This document shows positions 11,754-23,356 of a stretch of 64,000 nucleotides of DNA, in pieces. The position numbers and the translations under genes were made by a program. The first letter of the stretch is position 1. Every line of letters starts with the position of its first letter. The stretch is taken from contig NC_086097.1 of assembly GCF_963921235.1 (NCBI RefSeq), positions 19,966,001 through 20,030,000 of the forward strand. The letters run 5' to 3'. Below the pieces are notes generated by a model. It searched no databases and was not told the origin of the DNA. It saw only the letters and a program-made list of their open reading frames with translations. Source of the stretch: Mobula hypostoma. Its lineage: Eukaryota.

Positions 11754-12938
11754 TAGCAACACACACAAAATGCTGGAGGAACTCAGCAGGCCAAGCAAAA
11801 AAGTACAGTCGACATTTCCAGCCAAAACCCTTCGGCAGGACTGGAGAAAAAAAGCTGAGGATAAGGGTTTCCCTTCCTCCACCACCAACGCTGCCCTCAA
11901 TCATATCTCTTCCATTTCATGTATGCCTGCTCATGCTCCATCCTCCCGCCACGCTACCAGGGATAGGGTGCCCCTTGTCCTTACCAACCACCCCCCCCAT
12001 CCTCCACGTCCAGCAGATAATTCTCCAAAACTTCTGCCATCTACAACTGGATCCCACCACCAAACACATTTTTCCCTCCTCTCCACTTTCTGCTTTCCGC
12101 AGGGATCACTCCCTATGCGGCTCCCTTGTCTATTCGTCCTTCCCTACCTATCTCCCTCCTGGCACTTATCCTTGCAAGCAGAACAAGTGCTACACCTGCC
12201 CCTACACCTCCTCCTCACTACCATTCAGAGCCCCTAGACAGTCCTTCCAGGTGAGGCGACATTTCACCTGTAAGTCTGTTTGGTCATATACTGTATTTGG
12301 TGCTCCCAGTGTGGCCTCTTGTGTATCGATAAGACCCGATGTAGATTGGGAGACCGCTTCGCCGAGCATCTATGCTCTGTCCACCAGAACAAGTGGTATC
12401 TCCCAGTGGCCACCCATTTTAATTCCACATCCCATTCCGATATGTCCATCCATGGTCTCCTCCATTGCCGGGATATGGCCACACTTAGGTTGGAGGAACA
12501 ACATCTTATATTTTGTTTGGGTAACCTCCAACCTGATGGCATGAACATCGATTTCTCAAACTTCCAGTAATGCCTCCCCCTCCCTCATTCCCCTTGTCCC
12601 TCTCTCAAGTTATCTCCTTGCTCACCTATCGTCTCCCTCTAGTGCTCCTTCCATCCCCCACCCCTTTTTTCTTTCTTCCATGGCCTTCTGTCTCTTTTAC
12701 CAATCTACTTCCTAGTTCTTTGCTTCATCCCTTCCCCTTCAAGTTTCACCTATTGCCTGACATTTCTCTACCTTTCAAATCTACTCCTCAGCTTTTTTTT
12801 CTCCAGTCCTGCTGAAGGATTTTGGCCTGAAATGTCGACTGTACTTTTTTCCATAGATATTGCCTGGCCTGCTGAGTTCCTCCAGCATTTTGTGCGTGTT
12901 GCTCAAATTTCCGGCATCTGCAGTTTTTCTTGTTTGTG
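11754..12938 (+). mobile_element. Neptune-type PLE, 5'-truncated, with inverted terminal copy
   Basis: Frameshifted Cys linker PCKQNKCYTCPY and GIY-YIG domain VIYCIWCSQCGLLCIDKTRCRLGDRFAEH...VATHFN; inverted 3'-end copy at 11757-11860; 13-bp TSD ACAGGGCAAACTA (11741-11753, 12939-12951). Confidence 0.9.
12804..12841 (+). ncRNA. Minimal type I hammerhead ribozyme relic, A6C-variant core
   Basis: CAGTC-CTGCTGA-AGGATTTTGGCCT-GAAATGTC-GACTG; helix I CAGTC/GACTG. Confidence 0.55.
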
Positions 12939-13334
12939 ACAGGGCAAACTACGACAATTACATTTGTCATAGTTTCTAGTAATGCCTTGAAAGCCATCTT
13001 TCACATCATATACAGTGTCTTCAATAAGGAATCTATGATAAAAAGCAGAAACATTGCACTCATGAGAATACGATTGCATTTGCCCAGCTTCTGTCTTGGT
13101 CACATTTGTGGCGAAGATATAACATTCTGTATAGGTTCCTAAAATATTTCCTTCTTCCTGAACTACAGTACCCCCTTTACCACAGTCAACAGAGCCCTTG
13201 ACCACATCGCAACTCTTACCCCTTCTCCTAGAGGGGGCAGGAACACAGGTGCTTACCTTCTATCCCATCAGCCTCCACATCCAACTGATCAACTTTCACA
13301 TTTCTGCCAGCTGAACTACCAGATATACAGTAGT

Positions 13335-13710
13335 CAGAGTAATAGAAATAGCACAGAATCAGGCCCTTCAGCCCAACGAGTCCATGTCAACCACACATCC
13401 TCCCTGCTAGTCCCAGATGCCCACTTACAGCCCATAACCTTCCAAGCCTCTCCCATCCATGTACTGTACCTATTCAAATGCTTCTTAAATGTTGCAATCG
13501 TACCTGCCTCAACAATTTCCTCTGACAGCTCATTCCAGGTACTTACGACCCTCTGTGTAAAGAAGTTACCTCCCAAATATCTTAAATCTCTCCCCTTTGT
13601 ATCTGAGGTCTCTAGGGCTCCCGACCCTGGAGAAAAGACTATGACTGACCACATTATCCATAACCCTCATGATTTTAATAAGTTCTATGAGATCACCCCT
13701 CATTCTCCCC
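13335..13710 (-). mobile_element. CR1 LINE 3' end
   Basis: GNFFTQRVVSTWNELSEEIVEAGTIATFKKHL. Confidence 0.8.
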
Positions 13711-15039
13711 TTTCCTTTTCACGACATATGCCAGTGATATTAAAATGATTCTGATCCTAATTCTGTTCTATGTTCTATAATTACTAGTCAGAGGAAGAAA
13801 TTGGGTCTAGTGCTAGCTGGCCACAAGCTGGCAATAGAGAGGCAGGAAGGTTTGGTGCCAAAAAATGGAAGGTATTGCCAAAGACAAGTATCAGAGAAAG
13901 AAAGGGTTCAACTTCATCGAGTAATTTAAAGTAGAGGATAAGATTCCTAACTTCCAATTGCTCCATCTCCAGAATTCAAGGAGTTCCTCTTGTTTCTATT
14001 GGGAACCAAATGGCTAATTTCAACCCAATTTGTAGGAAAATCATTACATAAATCATAATTATGACTCCTTGCTGGGGCTCAGCAGGCACCACTTCTAATG
14101 AAAATGGAGAGATTGATGGGATGCTGCACTATATATATGTGGCACCAATGGAAATTCACAGATTATCAATTAAACATTTTAATCAACAGAAAATTAAACA
14201 GCTACTTAGCCCCTTGTCATCAAGCCAGCTGTTATTTTACAACATACAGACAGCTCATCTGATCGTTAAAGGAATGATGCTAACATTGGATTTAATAACA
14301 AACACTCAAATGTACTTAATCCATGCAAATTGGAGGCCTGATGGGCAAAAAATCAACGAGATGCTGAAACAGCATTTAAGCATTCATCTAATGATGGTTA
14401 AATACTCAATTGTTCCCCTAAATTAATAAAATATTCAGCTCCAAATGCTAAATGTAATGATACAGGCTTACTAATTTAAAATATTGTTTTTTTAAAATTG
14501 TCCAAAAAAATAACTACTTCAGTAGATTAGTGAACCTCTTTGTAATTTAATAAATAACCCAAACCTCAATTGGATCCAAAACAGTCTGTATATTAGCTTG
14601 ATGCACAAAGAAATAAGACTCAAAACTGGACTCATCCACAATATCCAAATCTCCAAGGGAAATACAGACAGAAAGGCATGTGTTTTGCCTACAGTGAAGC
14701 CATTTCCCCACAAGTTTATATATGCTGGTGAAGGGGCAAGTTAATCAGCTCAATCACGCTTAAGTAAATTAATACTTCAAACTTTTACAGTTAAGTAGCA
14801 TTATAGCACCAATGCTGCAGTATCAATTCAGAGTGCTCAAGGATAAACAAGGTAGAAGTTCAGCACCTCCCCATGCAAACACACTTCTCTTAATGAGTGT
14901 TTCATCTCATCTACTTTATAATGAGAATTTGCAATTGGAAAGAGGGAAAACTTATCACCAGACCACTTACACACTTTTAAAGCCTGTAGGGAGATTGGGA
15001 GCAAATGTAAGTGTGAAATAAAGATAATGTAACAATAAT

Positions 15040-15285
15040 ATGTAAATACAGGCAGACTTTTTCCACTGAGGTTGGGTGAGAATATAGGGGGTCTTTGAGG
15101 AAGGATGAATGGCAAAATGTTTGAGGGGAACGTGAGGTTGAACTTCTTTACTCAGAGGGTGGCAAGACTGTGAAAGTAGTGGATGCGGGTTCAATTTCAA
15201 TATTTAAGAGAAGTTCGGATAAGAACATGGATGGGAGAACATGGAGGACTATAGTCCAGGTGCAGGTTGATGGTCTAGGCAGACT
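15040..15285 (+). mobile_element. CR1 LINE 3' end
   Basis: AACTTCTTTACTCAGAGGGTGG block shared with the other CR1 copies. Confidence 0.7.
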
Positions 15286-16925
15286 GTGGCTCCTCCACAA
15301 TCACCATCAGCACAGGTGTACCAAAAGGCTGAGTGCTTAGACCTTTGCTCTACTCACCTTATACCCAAGACTGTGAAGCTAAGCACGGCTTCAGTGCCAT
15401 ATTTAAGTTTGCTGATGACACCATTGTCGACACCAAATCAGCGGTGGTAACGAATCAGCAAATAGGAGGGAGATTGAAAATCCAGCTGAGTGATGCCACA
15501 ATGAGGACCTTTCGTCAATGTCAGCACGACCAAAGAGCTGTTTATTGACTACAGAAGGAGGAAACTAGAGATCTGTGAGCCTGTCCTCATCAGGAAATCA
15601 AATGTTGGAGAGGGTCAGCAACATTAAATTCCTCAGCATTATCATTTCAGAGGATCTGTCCTTGGACTTGCACACAAGAGCCATTACAAAGAAGGCACAA
15701 CAGTTCCTCCACTTTCTTAGAAGTTCGCAAAGATTCGAAATGTCATCTAAAACTTTGACAAAAACGTCTATAGATGTGCAGTAGTGAGTATACTGCCTGG
15801 TTGTATCATTGCCTGGTATGAAAACACAAATGCCCTTGAACAGAAAAGCCTACAAAAAGTAGTGAATACAGCCCAATACATCATGGGTAAAGCCCTCCTC
15901 ATCATCCAGTACAATAAAGGTCGATAGAGTGGCTGTGGAGAGGATGTTTTTTATAGGGGGAGGGGGAAAGAGTCTAGGACCAGAGGACACAGCCTCAGAA
16001 TAGAGGGGCGTCCTTTTAGAACAGAGATGAAAAGGAATTTCTTTAGCCAGAGAGTGGTGAATCTGTGGAATCCTTTGCCACAGGCAGCTGTGGAAAGTCT
16101 TTATTTATATTTAAGGCAGAGGTTGATAGATTCTTGATTGGTTAGGGCATGAAGAGATACAGGGAGGAGGCAGAAGAGGAAAATTGGATCAGCCATGATG
16201 AAATGGCAGAGCAGACTCAATGGGCCAAATAGCCTAATTCTGCTCCTTTATCTTTTGGTTTTATCTATAAGGACATGTAGCAAGAAAACAGCATCCATCA
16301 TCAAGGACTCCCACCATTCAGGTCAAACTCTCTCCTTCTACTGCCATCAGGAAGAAGGGTAAAGGAACCTCTGGCCCCACACAACCAGGTTCAGTAACAG
16401 TTATTACCTTAGGCTCTTGAACCAGAGGGGATAACTTCCCTGAACTTCACTTACACCAACACTAAACTGTTCCCTTTCCCCTCATCCCTCATCACCTTGT
16501 GTTTCTCTCTCCCACCTTTTAAATCTACTCATCTTTTTTTCCTCCAGTCCTGCCATGCATCTCTGCCAGAAACATCGACTGCACTTTTTTTCATAGATGC
16601 TGCCAGGCTTGCTGAGTTCCGCCAGCATTTTGTGTGTGTTGCTTAGATTTCCAGCATCTGCAAATTTTTTCTTGTTTGTTACTGAATTGTTCCCACAACC
16701 TATGGACTCACTTTCAAGGCCTCTCTAACTCATGGCCTCAATATTTATTGCATATTTATTAATATTTGCATTAGCAGTTTGTTGTCTTCTATACTCTTCC
16801 TCTTTCATTGATCCTTTTTAGTCACCATTCTGTAGATTTGCTGAGTGTGCCCACAAGAGAACGTAGTTCAGGGTTGTACATGGTAACGCACATGCACTCT
16901 GATTATAAATTTTACCTTTGACTTT
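15285..16925 (+). mobile_element. Rex1/Babar LINE 3' half, interrupted by a CR1 (about 15915-16265) and a PLE end (about 16475-16680)
   Basis: LRPLLYSPYTQDC...KFADDT RT motif; ERVSNIKFL...AITKKAQQFLHFLR; tail TAAATTTTACCTTTGACTTT. Confidence 0.8.
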
Positions 16926-16939
16926 TTTTTATTATTTTG

Positions 16940-17700
16940 TCAATACAACAAATTTTTCTGAAGTGTTACTTACTCAATTTTTCTTGTTTATGATAGACCA
17001 CATGAAGCAGAACAAATATGATTTCAGACTTGTATCACATAGGAATTTGGAGAAACAAGAAATTAACTCTTATGGAATATAATGTGTTTAAATGCAAAAC
17101 AGTGCTAATGCTTTGCAATAGGTCAACTAAGCTAAAAATGTTTTGATGATTTTTGTTTGTACTCAGTGTCTGAGACTTCTTGCTTAGGTGTCCAACAACA
17201 ATCAGCCAGCATTAATGGATTCCAGTTGTCCTGATACCATTTCTTCATGACAGCAATGTCTGGTGAAACCTATCACCATTCTTGTCATCGGCAATGCCTA
17301 AATTTTCAGGGAAGTCGTCTAAATGGGAATGCAGAAAATGAATCTTTAAGTGACATGTTGCACTTCATGGTTTTGTATGCTTGAAACATGTTGTCAACCA
17401 GCTGCATGTAGTTGCCAAAATAATTTTCAACAATTTTCCATGAGACTTTCTCCATTCCCACTAGAAGTTCTTTGAATTGCCTGTCAATGAAGACCTGTTT
17501 GATTTGTGGACCAACAAAAATGCCTTCCTTAATCTTGGCATTAGTTATTCTGACACAAAGTAAGAATTGATTTAACAAAAATAGGTGAATTTTTAAAATA
17601 ATGGTGTTATAGGGAAATTTTGTAATTTTCATGATCAGCAGCCCCAAATCCATAAGATACACCCAAAAATATTCAGGAAGCAAAATCTTTGTTGTCCAGA
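16940..17700 (-). mobile_element. Internally deleted DNA transposon, probably CMC-Chapaev3
   Basis: Minus-strand AKIKEGIFVGPQIKQ, then frameshifted IHFLHSHLD and GDRFHQ-like motifs; decayed inverted ends ACAACAAATTTTTCT / AAAATCTTTGTTGTCCAG. Confidence 0.55.
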
Positions 17701-17711
17701 ATATTCAGGAT

Positions 17712-18597
17712 ACAATAGGATCTTTTAAGAGCCCCTTAGATAGGACAATGGAGTTTAGAAAAATAGAGGGTTACACACTAGGGAAGTTCTAGGCAGTTTC
17801 TACAGTAGGTTACATGGTCGGCACAGCATTGTGGGCTAAAGGGCCTGTAATGTGCTGTAGATTTCTAAGTTCAATAGGTTTCAATGAGATTCCACTTATT
17901 CTTCTAAACTCTAGCAAGTGCCGGCCCAGAGCCAAACACTCCTCATAGGTTAGCCCTTTCATTGCTGGAATCATTCTCATGAACCTCTCCAATGCCTGCA
18001 CATTTTTTTCTCTTAGATAAGGGGCACAAAACTGTTCACAATACTCCAAATGTGATCTGACCAATGCCTTATAAAGCCTCAGCATTACATCCTTGCTTTT
18101 ATACTCTAGTCCTCTCGAACTGAATGTTAACACTGCACTCCTTACCACCAACTCAACCTGTAAGCTAATCTTTAGAGAATCCAACACACAGACTCCCAAA
18201 TCCCTATGCACCTCCGATTTCTGAATGTTCTCTCCAATTAGAAGGTAGCCTAAGCCTTTACTCCTACTACCAAAGTGTATGACCCTATATCTGCCACTTC
18301 TCTGCCCATTCTCCTAATCTAAGTCCTGCAGACTCCCTGCTTCCTCAACACTATCTGCAGGTCCACCCATCTTCCCCAGAGGATGGGGAATTTGTAGAAA
18401 TCATTGCCACAGACAGTTGTGCAGGCCAAGTTATTGGGTATATTTATTTAGTTTGGAGGTTTATGAGGTCCAAAGGTGATGGGAAGGTGGCAGGAGAACG
18501 GGGATGAGGGGGATAATAAATCAGCAATGATGGAATAGCAGAGCAGGAGCAGACTTGATGGGCTGAATGGTCTAATTCTGTATGTCTTATGGTCTAA
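17712..18597. mobile_element. Cluster of three CR1 fragments (+, -, +)
   Basis: Minus-strand ORF 17810-18211 RGLEYKSKDVMLRLYKALVRSHLEYC, flanked by plus-strand CR1 3' ends. Confidence 0.75.
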
Positions 18598-18710
18598 ATC
18601 CTACAAGTTTCACTGAGAGGTACAACTCTGACATGATCTGGTCCACTTGGCTTCAGACCCAACCTCAAACTCCAAATCACTGTCTAGCTTGTACCTATCG
18701 CCTTCTAGAT

Positions 18711-18897
18711 CACACACACAAAATGCTGGTGGAACACAGCCAGCCAAACAGCATCCATAGGAAGAAGTACGGTCGACGTCTCCGCCTGAGACGTCGACTG
18801 TGCTTCTTCCTATGGATACTGTCTGGCCTGTTGCATTCCACCAATATTTTGTGTGTGCTGCTTGAATTTCCAGCATCTGCAGATTTCCTCGTGTTTA
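18711..18897. mobile_element. Hairpin mini-PLE
   Basis: Two PLE ends in inverted orientation centred on GTCGACGTCTC-CGCCT-GAGACGTCGAC; 10-bp TSD CCTTCTAGAT (18701-18710, 18898-18907). Confidence 0.85.
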
Positions 18898-18962
18898 CCT
18901 TCTAGATTAACTCCTTCCCCTCACCCCACTTTCTTAAATCAGGCATCTTCCCCGTTCCTTTC

Positions 18963-19000
18963 CAGTCCTGATGAAGGACCTCAGCCTGAAACATTGACTG
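18963..19000 (+). ncRNA. Minimal type I hammerhead ribozyme relic in a PLE end
   Basis: CAGTC-CTGATGA-AGGACCTCAGCCT-GAAACATT-GACTG. Confidence 0.6.
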
Positions 19001-20119
19001 TTTATTCATTTCCAAAGATGTCGCTTGACCTGCCAAGTTCTTTCAGAATTTTGTGTGTTGGTCTGGATTTCCAGCAACATCTCATGTTCAAACTGCTTTC
19101 ACAATTCAAGATATATAGGGATGGACAATAATCGATGTCCTTTATCAATGACATCCACACCTTATTATCCATAGATGTTCCAACCATGCAGTGTGAAATA
19201 GGAGAAAAACAGGGCAAAAAGGACACAAGATAAAAACAAACATGCTTTGGTACATCCTTGTTGCAGCAGAAGTTATCATTACAAGAAACAAAATTATTAA
19301 AATCTAAATTAGAATGAGAAGCCATACAGTAGTTAAGGTACCATCCTTTCAAAATTTCAATCAGCACATAACAGGTTAAGTAGGAATGCAGAAAAAATGC
19401 ATCACCCATTATGTAGGTAAAATGCCATTTTGAAATGTTACAGTGCGTAATCTTTACTTAATGGATTTAAAGGCCATTCTATTTGGACTGATCCCGCAGA
19501 GGACAGTACAGAGGAAAAGACAGCCCCTTCCTCTCCCTTGCCACCTGTATGTGATGTTTGTGTTCAGGATTCAATTACACCATTATTGATACCTCACAAG
19601 GATATTTAAAATGCAGACGTGGAGCCTGATTTCCCATGGGCCTGCTCATCTTTATTTCAATGCCAGCGTCCCTAGGTGAATTCCTAAGGCGTCCATATTA
19701 ATAGGCCTTCAGTCTGGATTCATTCATTAAACACTGTGCAAAGTTTATGATGCTATGATTATTAGCCGACAAGTCCTTGAATCTCAATTTACTTATGCAA
19801 ATGCAAGTTTTCTCCTTGAATTGCCTGAAAAAATACTACAGACTGATCCAGTAAACTCAGAAGCCATAAAAGAACTAAAAGGTTTTAATTTATTGCTCCA
19901 GCTAACTACTTGCAATCTGACCCAAGAAATAAAAAGCTACTATTTGCTTCTATTAAGTACTTGCATAAGAATATAAAACAAATTTGTCAGTGTGAACCAA
20001 TCATCCAGAATGTCTAAAAATTACTATGTTCAATAGTTTGGGGAATAAAGCACTTTCATTGCAAAGTAAGTATTAAGCACATATATACAACAAATATACC
20101 AGATGAATTGCACACAATA

Positions 20120-20470
20120 ATAAGATCATGAGACATAGAAGTAGAATTAGACCATTTGGCCCATTGAGTCTACTCCACTAATCCATCATGGCCGATTTAT
20201 TATCTCTCTCAACCTCATTCTCCTGCCTTTTCCCTGTAACCTTAGGTGCTCTTACTAATCAAGAATCTATCAACCTCTGCTTTAAGTATATCCAATCACT
20301 TGGCCTCCATAGCCATCACTGGCAATGAATTCCACAAATTCACCACCCTCTGGCTGCAGAAACTCCTCATCTGTTCTAATGGACGTCCCTCTATTCTGAG
20401 GCTGTGCCCTCTAATGCGAAACACCCACACTATAGGAAACATCCTTCTACATCCACTATATCTAGGCCTG
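20120..20470 (-). mobile_element. CR1 LINE 3' end
   Basis: GAATTCCACAAATTCACCACCCTCTGG block; tail ATAAGATCATGAGACATAGAAG. Confidence 0.75.
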
Positions 20471-20600
20471 AGGGGTGCAAGTGGCTACACTTCAGATCCA
20501 GTTATAAGCTACAATCTAATCAAGGAGCTTAGATGACTGCTGGAAAAGAAGCATGCCTACCTGGGAGTGATTAGAGGTGGCCTATCAATGTATCATATCT

Positions 20601-20775
20601 CAACACAAAATAATCTGCAGATGCTGGGGTCAAAGCAACACTCACAACACGCTGGAGGAACTCAGCAGGTCGGCAGCCTCCGTGGAAGCGATGAGTCGAC
20701 GTTTCGGGCCAGAACCCTTCATCCTGACGGATGCTGCCCGACCTGCTGAGTTCCTCCAGCATGTTGTGAGTGTTG
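20601..20775. mobile_element. Hairpin mini-PLE with one hammerhead remnant in the loop
   Basis: Inverted arms GCAACACTCACAACACGCTGGAGGAACTCAGCAGGTCGG / CCGACCTGCTGAGTTCCTCCAGCATGTTGTGAGTGTTGC; 15-bp TSD CAATGTATCATATCT (20586-20600, 20776-20790). Confidence 0.85.
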
Positions 20776-20965
20776 CAATGTATCATATCTATTTTGCTGT
20801 TACAATGCAACAAAGTTAATATAAAATTAAAGACCTCAACTGGGCATATAGACTCAATGCTTACTCTCCTTTTACCCCAAAGAATTACAGACTATGAAGA
20901 TCACATCAATGACTTTAAGCAGCATCATTTTTTAAATTTGCTACCGTTGGTTCTTAATGAACTCC

Positions 20966-21255
20966 CAGTATGGTAGCATATAGGCTAGTACAAAAATTTA
21001 CAATGTCAGTGATCACTGATTGGGGTTCAATTCCTATTTGTAAGAAGTTTGGACATTCTCCCTGTGATCCCATCAATTTCCTCCCACATTCCAAAGCCAT
21101 ACCAGTTAGGGTTAGTGAGCTGAGCTGTGGGTAAGCTATGTTGGCACTGGAAGGGTGATGATATTTGTGACTGCCCTCAGCAATCTTTGGACTGTGTTGG
21201 TTGTTGACACAAGCAGCATATTTCTGTTTCAATATACATGTAACAAATAAAGCTC
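20966..21255 (+). mobile_element. tRNA-derived V-domain SINE (HE1-like)
   Basis: B box GGGTTCAATTCC followed by V-domain-like GTTTGGACATTCTCCCTGTG...TTCCTCCCACATTCCAAAG. Confidence 0.6.
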
Positions 21256-21724
21256 ACCTCAAAATTAATCTTCGGGTGTAAGAATGTTCAACCATAATGG
21301 GCTTACACAACTTGTACATTTACAGCTATCATTACTCAGAAACTATACCATTATTAAAATACAATTATCTTGTACTGACTTCCAGACTTGATGGGACTGG
21401 TTTTGAAGTTTTTAGGCAACAGGACACAGATGTCACTGTCAAAGCCAACATTTAGTGTCCATCTCTATAGTTCTATCCTGCAATGAAATTGGAAGTTTTC
21501 AAGCTCACTATTACCAAGAGAGCAGTGGCGTACAACTAAATCAGCAGGGAGAAAAACGCTGATAATCAGAAACTGAGAGACAGTCAGGCAAACACTGATA
21601 TCCAGATATTCTAAGAAGCCCTCACTGCTATCACTCCAACTGCATTTAGACAGTCGATTCTTGGCAAAATTCAATGCTTCCTGGGAAGCACCGACTAAAC
21701 CTGTGTGCAGATTTAATCCTTCCA

Positions 21725-22000
21725 TTCAAGTTTCAAATTTCTAAGTACATATATGTCACCATATACAACCTCAATATTAGTTTTCTTGCAGGCCTCATTG
21801 TAAATCCAAGAAACATAATAGAATCAATGGATGACCACACCCAACAGGAAGAACAAACAACCCATAGGCAAAAGACAACAAACTGCACGTACAAAAGAAA
21901 AAAGAGCAATAAATATTGAGAACATGAAATGAAAAGTCCTTGACAGTGAGTCCATTAGGTGGTGGCAACAGTTCAGTGATGGGTGAGTGAAGTTATCACC
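21725..22000 (-). mobile_element. Rex1/Babar 3' tail
   Basis: AAGTACATATATGTCACCATATACAA is identical to the tail at 25763. Confidence 0.65.
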
Positions 22001-22059
22001 GCCGGTGTTATCAACAATCAAATATAGCATTGGAACTGCGCTTGGCCTCACAGTCATAA

Positions 22060-22990
22060 TCCCAGATCAGTGGCTTTCAGGTCTGGCAACCAAGAAAGAT
22101 ATAAGATGTCCAATTATGATCTCCAGAATGCCAGCTCACAGGTGAAGTAGCAATTCCAGACCAAACTTGAGTCACTGGGGGATGCTAGACAGCTGTGGCA
22201 GGATTTGAATACCTCTTACAACGTGAAACTAACTGACATTGGTGACATCAAGGCTTCACTCACAGATGAGCACAATGCCTTCTATGCTCACTTTGACGGT
22301 CAAAACATGGAGGAAACTTCACGAACTCCCACAGCCCCTGATGACCCTTTGATTTCAGTCTCTGGAGCTGGTGCGAGTGCATCCTTCAGGAGGGTGAATC
22401 TATGGAAAGCAGATGGCCCAGACTGGGTACCTGGCTGAGTACTGAAGACCTGTGCTGATCCCCAATATCTTTAAACTCACGCTTGAGCAGTCTGAGGTGC
22501 AAGCAAACCTGTTTCAAGCAAACTTCAATTATACTGGTGCCCAAGTGGATCATGGTAACGTGTCTCAATGTCTATCGTCCAGAAGCACTTACACCAACTG
22601 TGATGAAGTGCTTTGAGAAGTGGTGATGAAACACATCAACTCCTTCCTGAGAAGCAACTTGGGACCACTCCAATTTGCCTACCGGCACAACATGTCAATG
22701 GCAGATGCCATCTCTTTGGCCCTTCACTCAACCCTGGAGCATCTGGACAGCAAAGATGGATCCATCAGGATACTCTATACAGCTCAGCATCCAATACCAT
22801 CATCCCCTAAAAACTAATCGATAAGCTTCAAGACATTGGCCTCAAAACCTCCTTTTGCAATTGAATGCTCGAATGACTCACTTGCAGATCCCAGTAAGTT
22901 TGGATTGGCAACAACATCTGCTCCACAATCGCGATCAGTATAGGTGCGCCACAAGGCTGTGTGCTTAGCTCCCTCCTCTAATCGCTTTTC
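22060..22990 (+). mobile_element. Rex1/Babar LINE RT fragment
   Basis: RRVNLWKADGPDWVPG; PLQFAYRHNMSMADAISLALHSTLEHLD; GAPQGCVL. Confidence 0.8.
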
Positions 22991-23234
22991 TCATTCACTT
23001 CAATAATGAAGAGTGGTTCCAAAGAAGCTGAGTAAACTACTGGTAATTAAAAGGAGCTGAGTATAAACCAGCATCTGCAGACTTTCTCTTGTTTGTGAGC
23101 AAAAAGTGCTTTTCTCCCCCTACACATTTTTCCATTGCTTCATGTTTCATATGCATATTTTGTTTAAAAAAAACTTATGATAGTTAATTTTCTATTATCA
23201 AGGTTCAAAGTTCAAAGTAAATTTATTATCAAAG

Positions 23235-23356
23235 TGTAGTCACGCGCAAACATGCTACTAAAGAAACACGCAGACGCAGAGAGAGCTGAGCTCAGAATGC
23301 CCTTACTGATTCAAAATCGCGAGCTTAAATCTCCCCTCCCACGGGCCCCGGCGACC
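23235..23356 (-). repeat. Truncated 3' LTR
   Basis: Aligns to 25512-25632 with about 15 differences counted by eye, then joins directly to pol sequence. Confidence 0.85.

Noticed and set aside
13226..13242. CTCF-like CCTAGAGGGGGCAG
   Set aside because: The 5' half fits the consensus poorly.
14061..14426. 121-aa ORF in unique sequence
   Set aside because: No recognisable domain or splice context; the length is compatible with chance in 64 kb.
19002..19409. 135-aa minus-strand ORF
   Set aside because: Runs into a PLE end; no recognisable domain.
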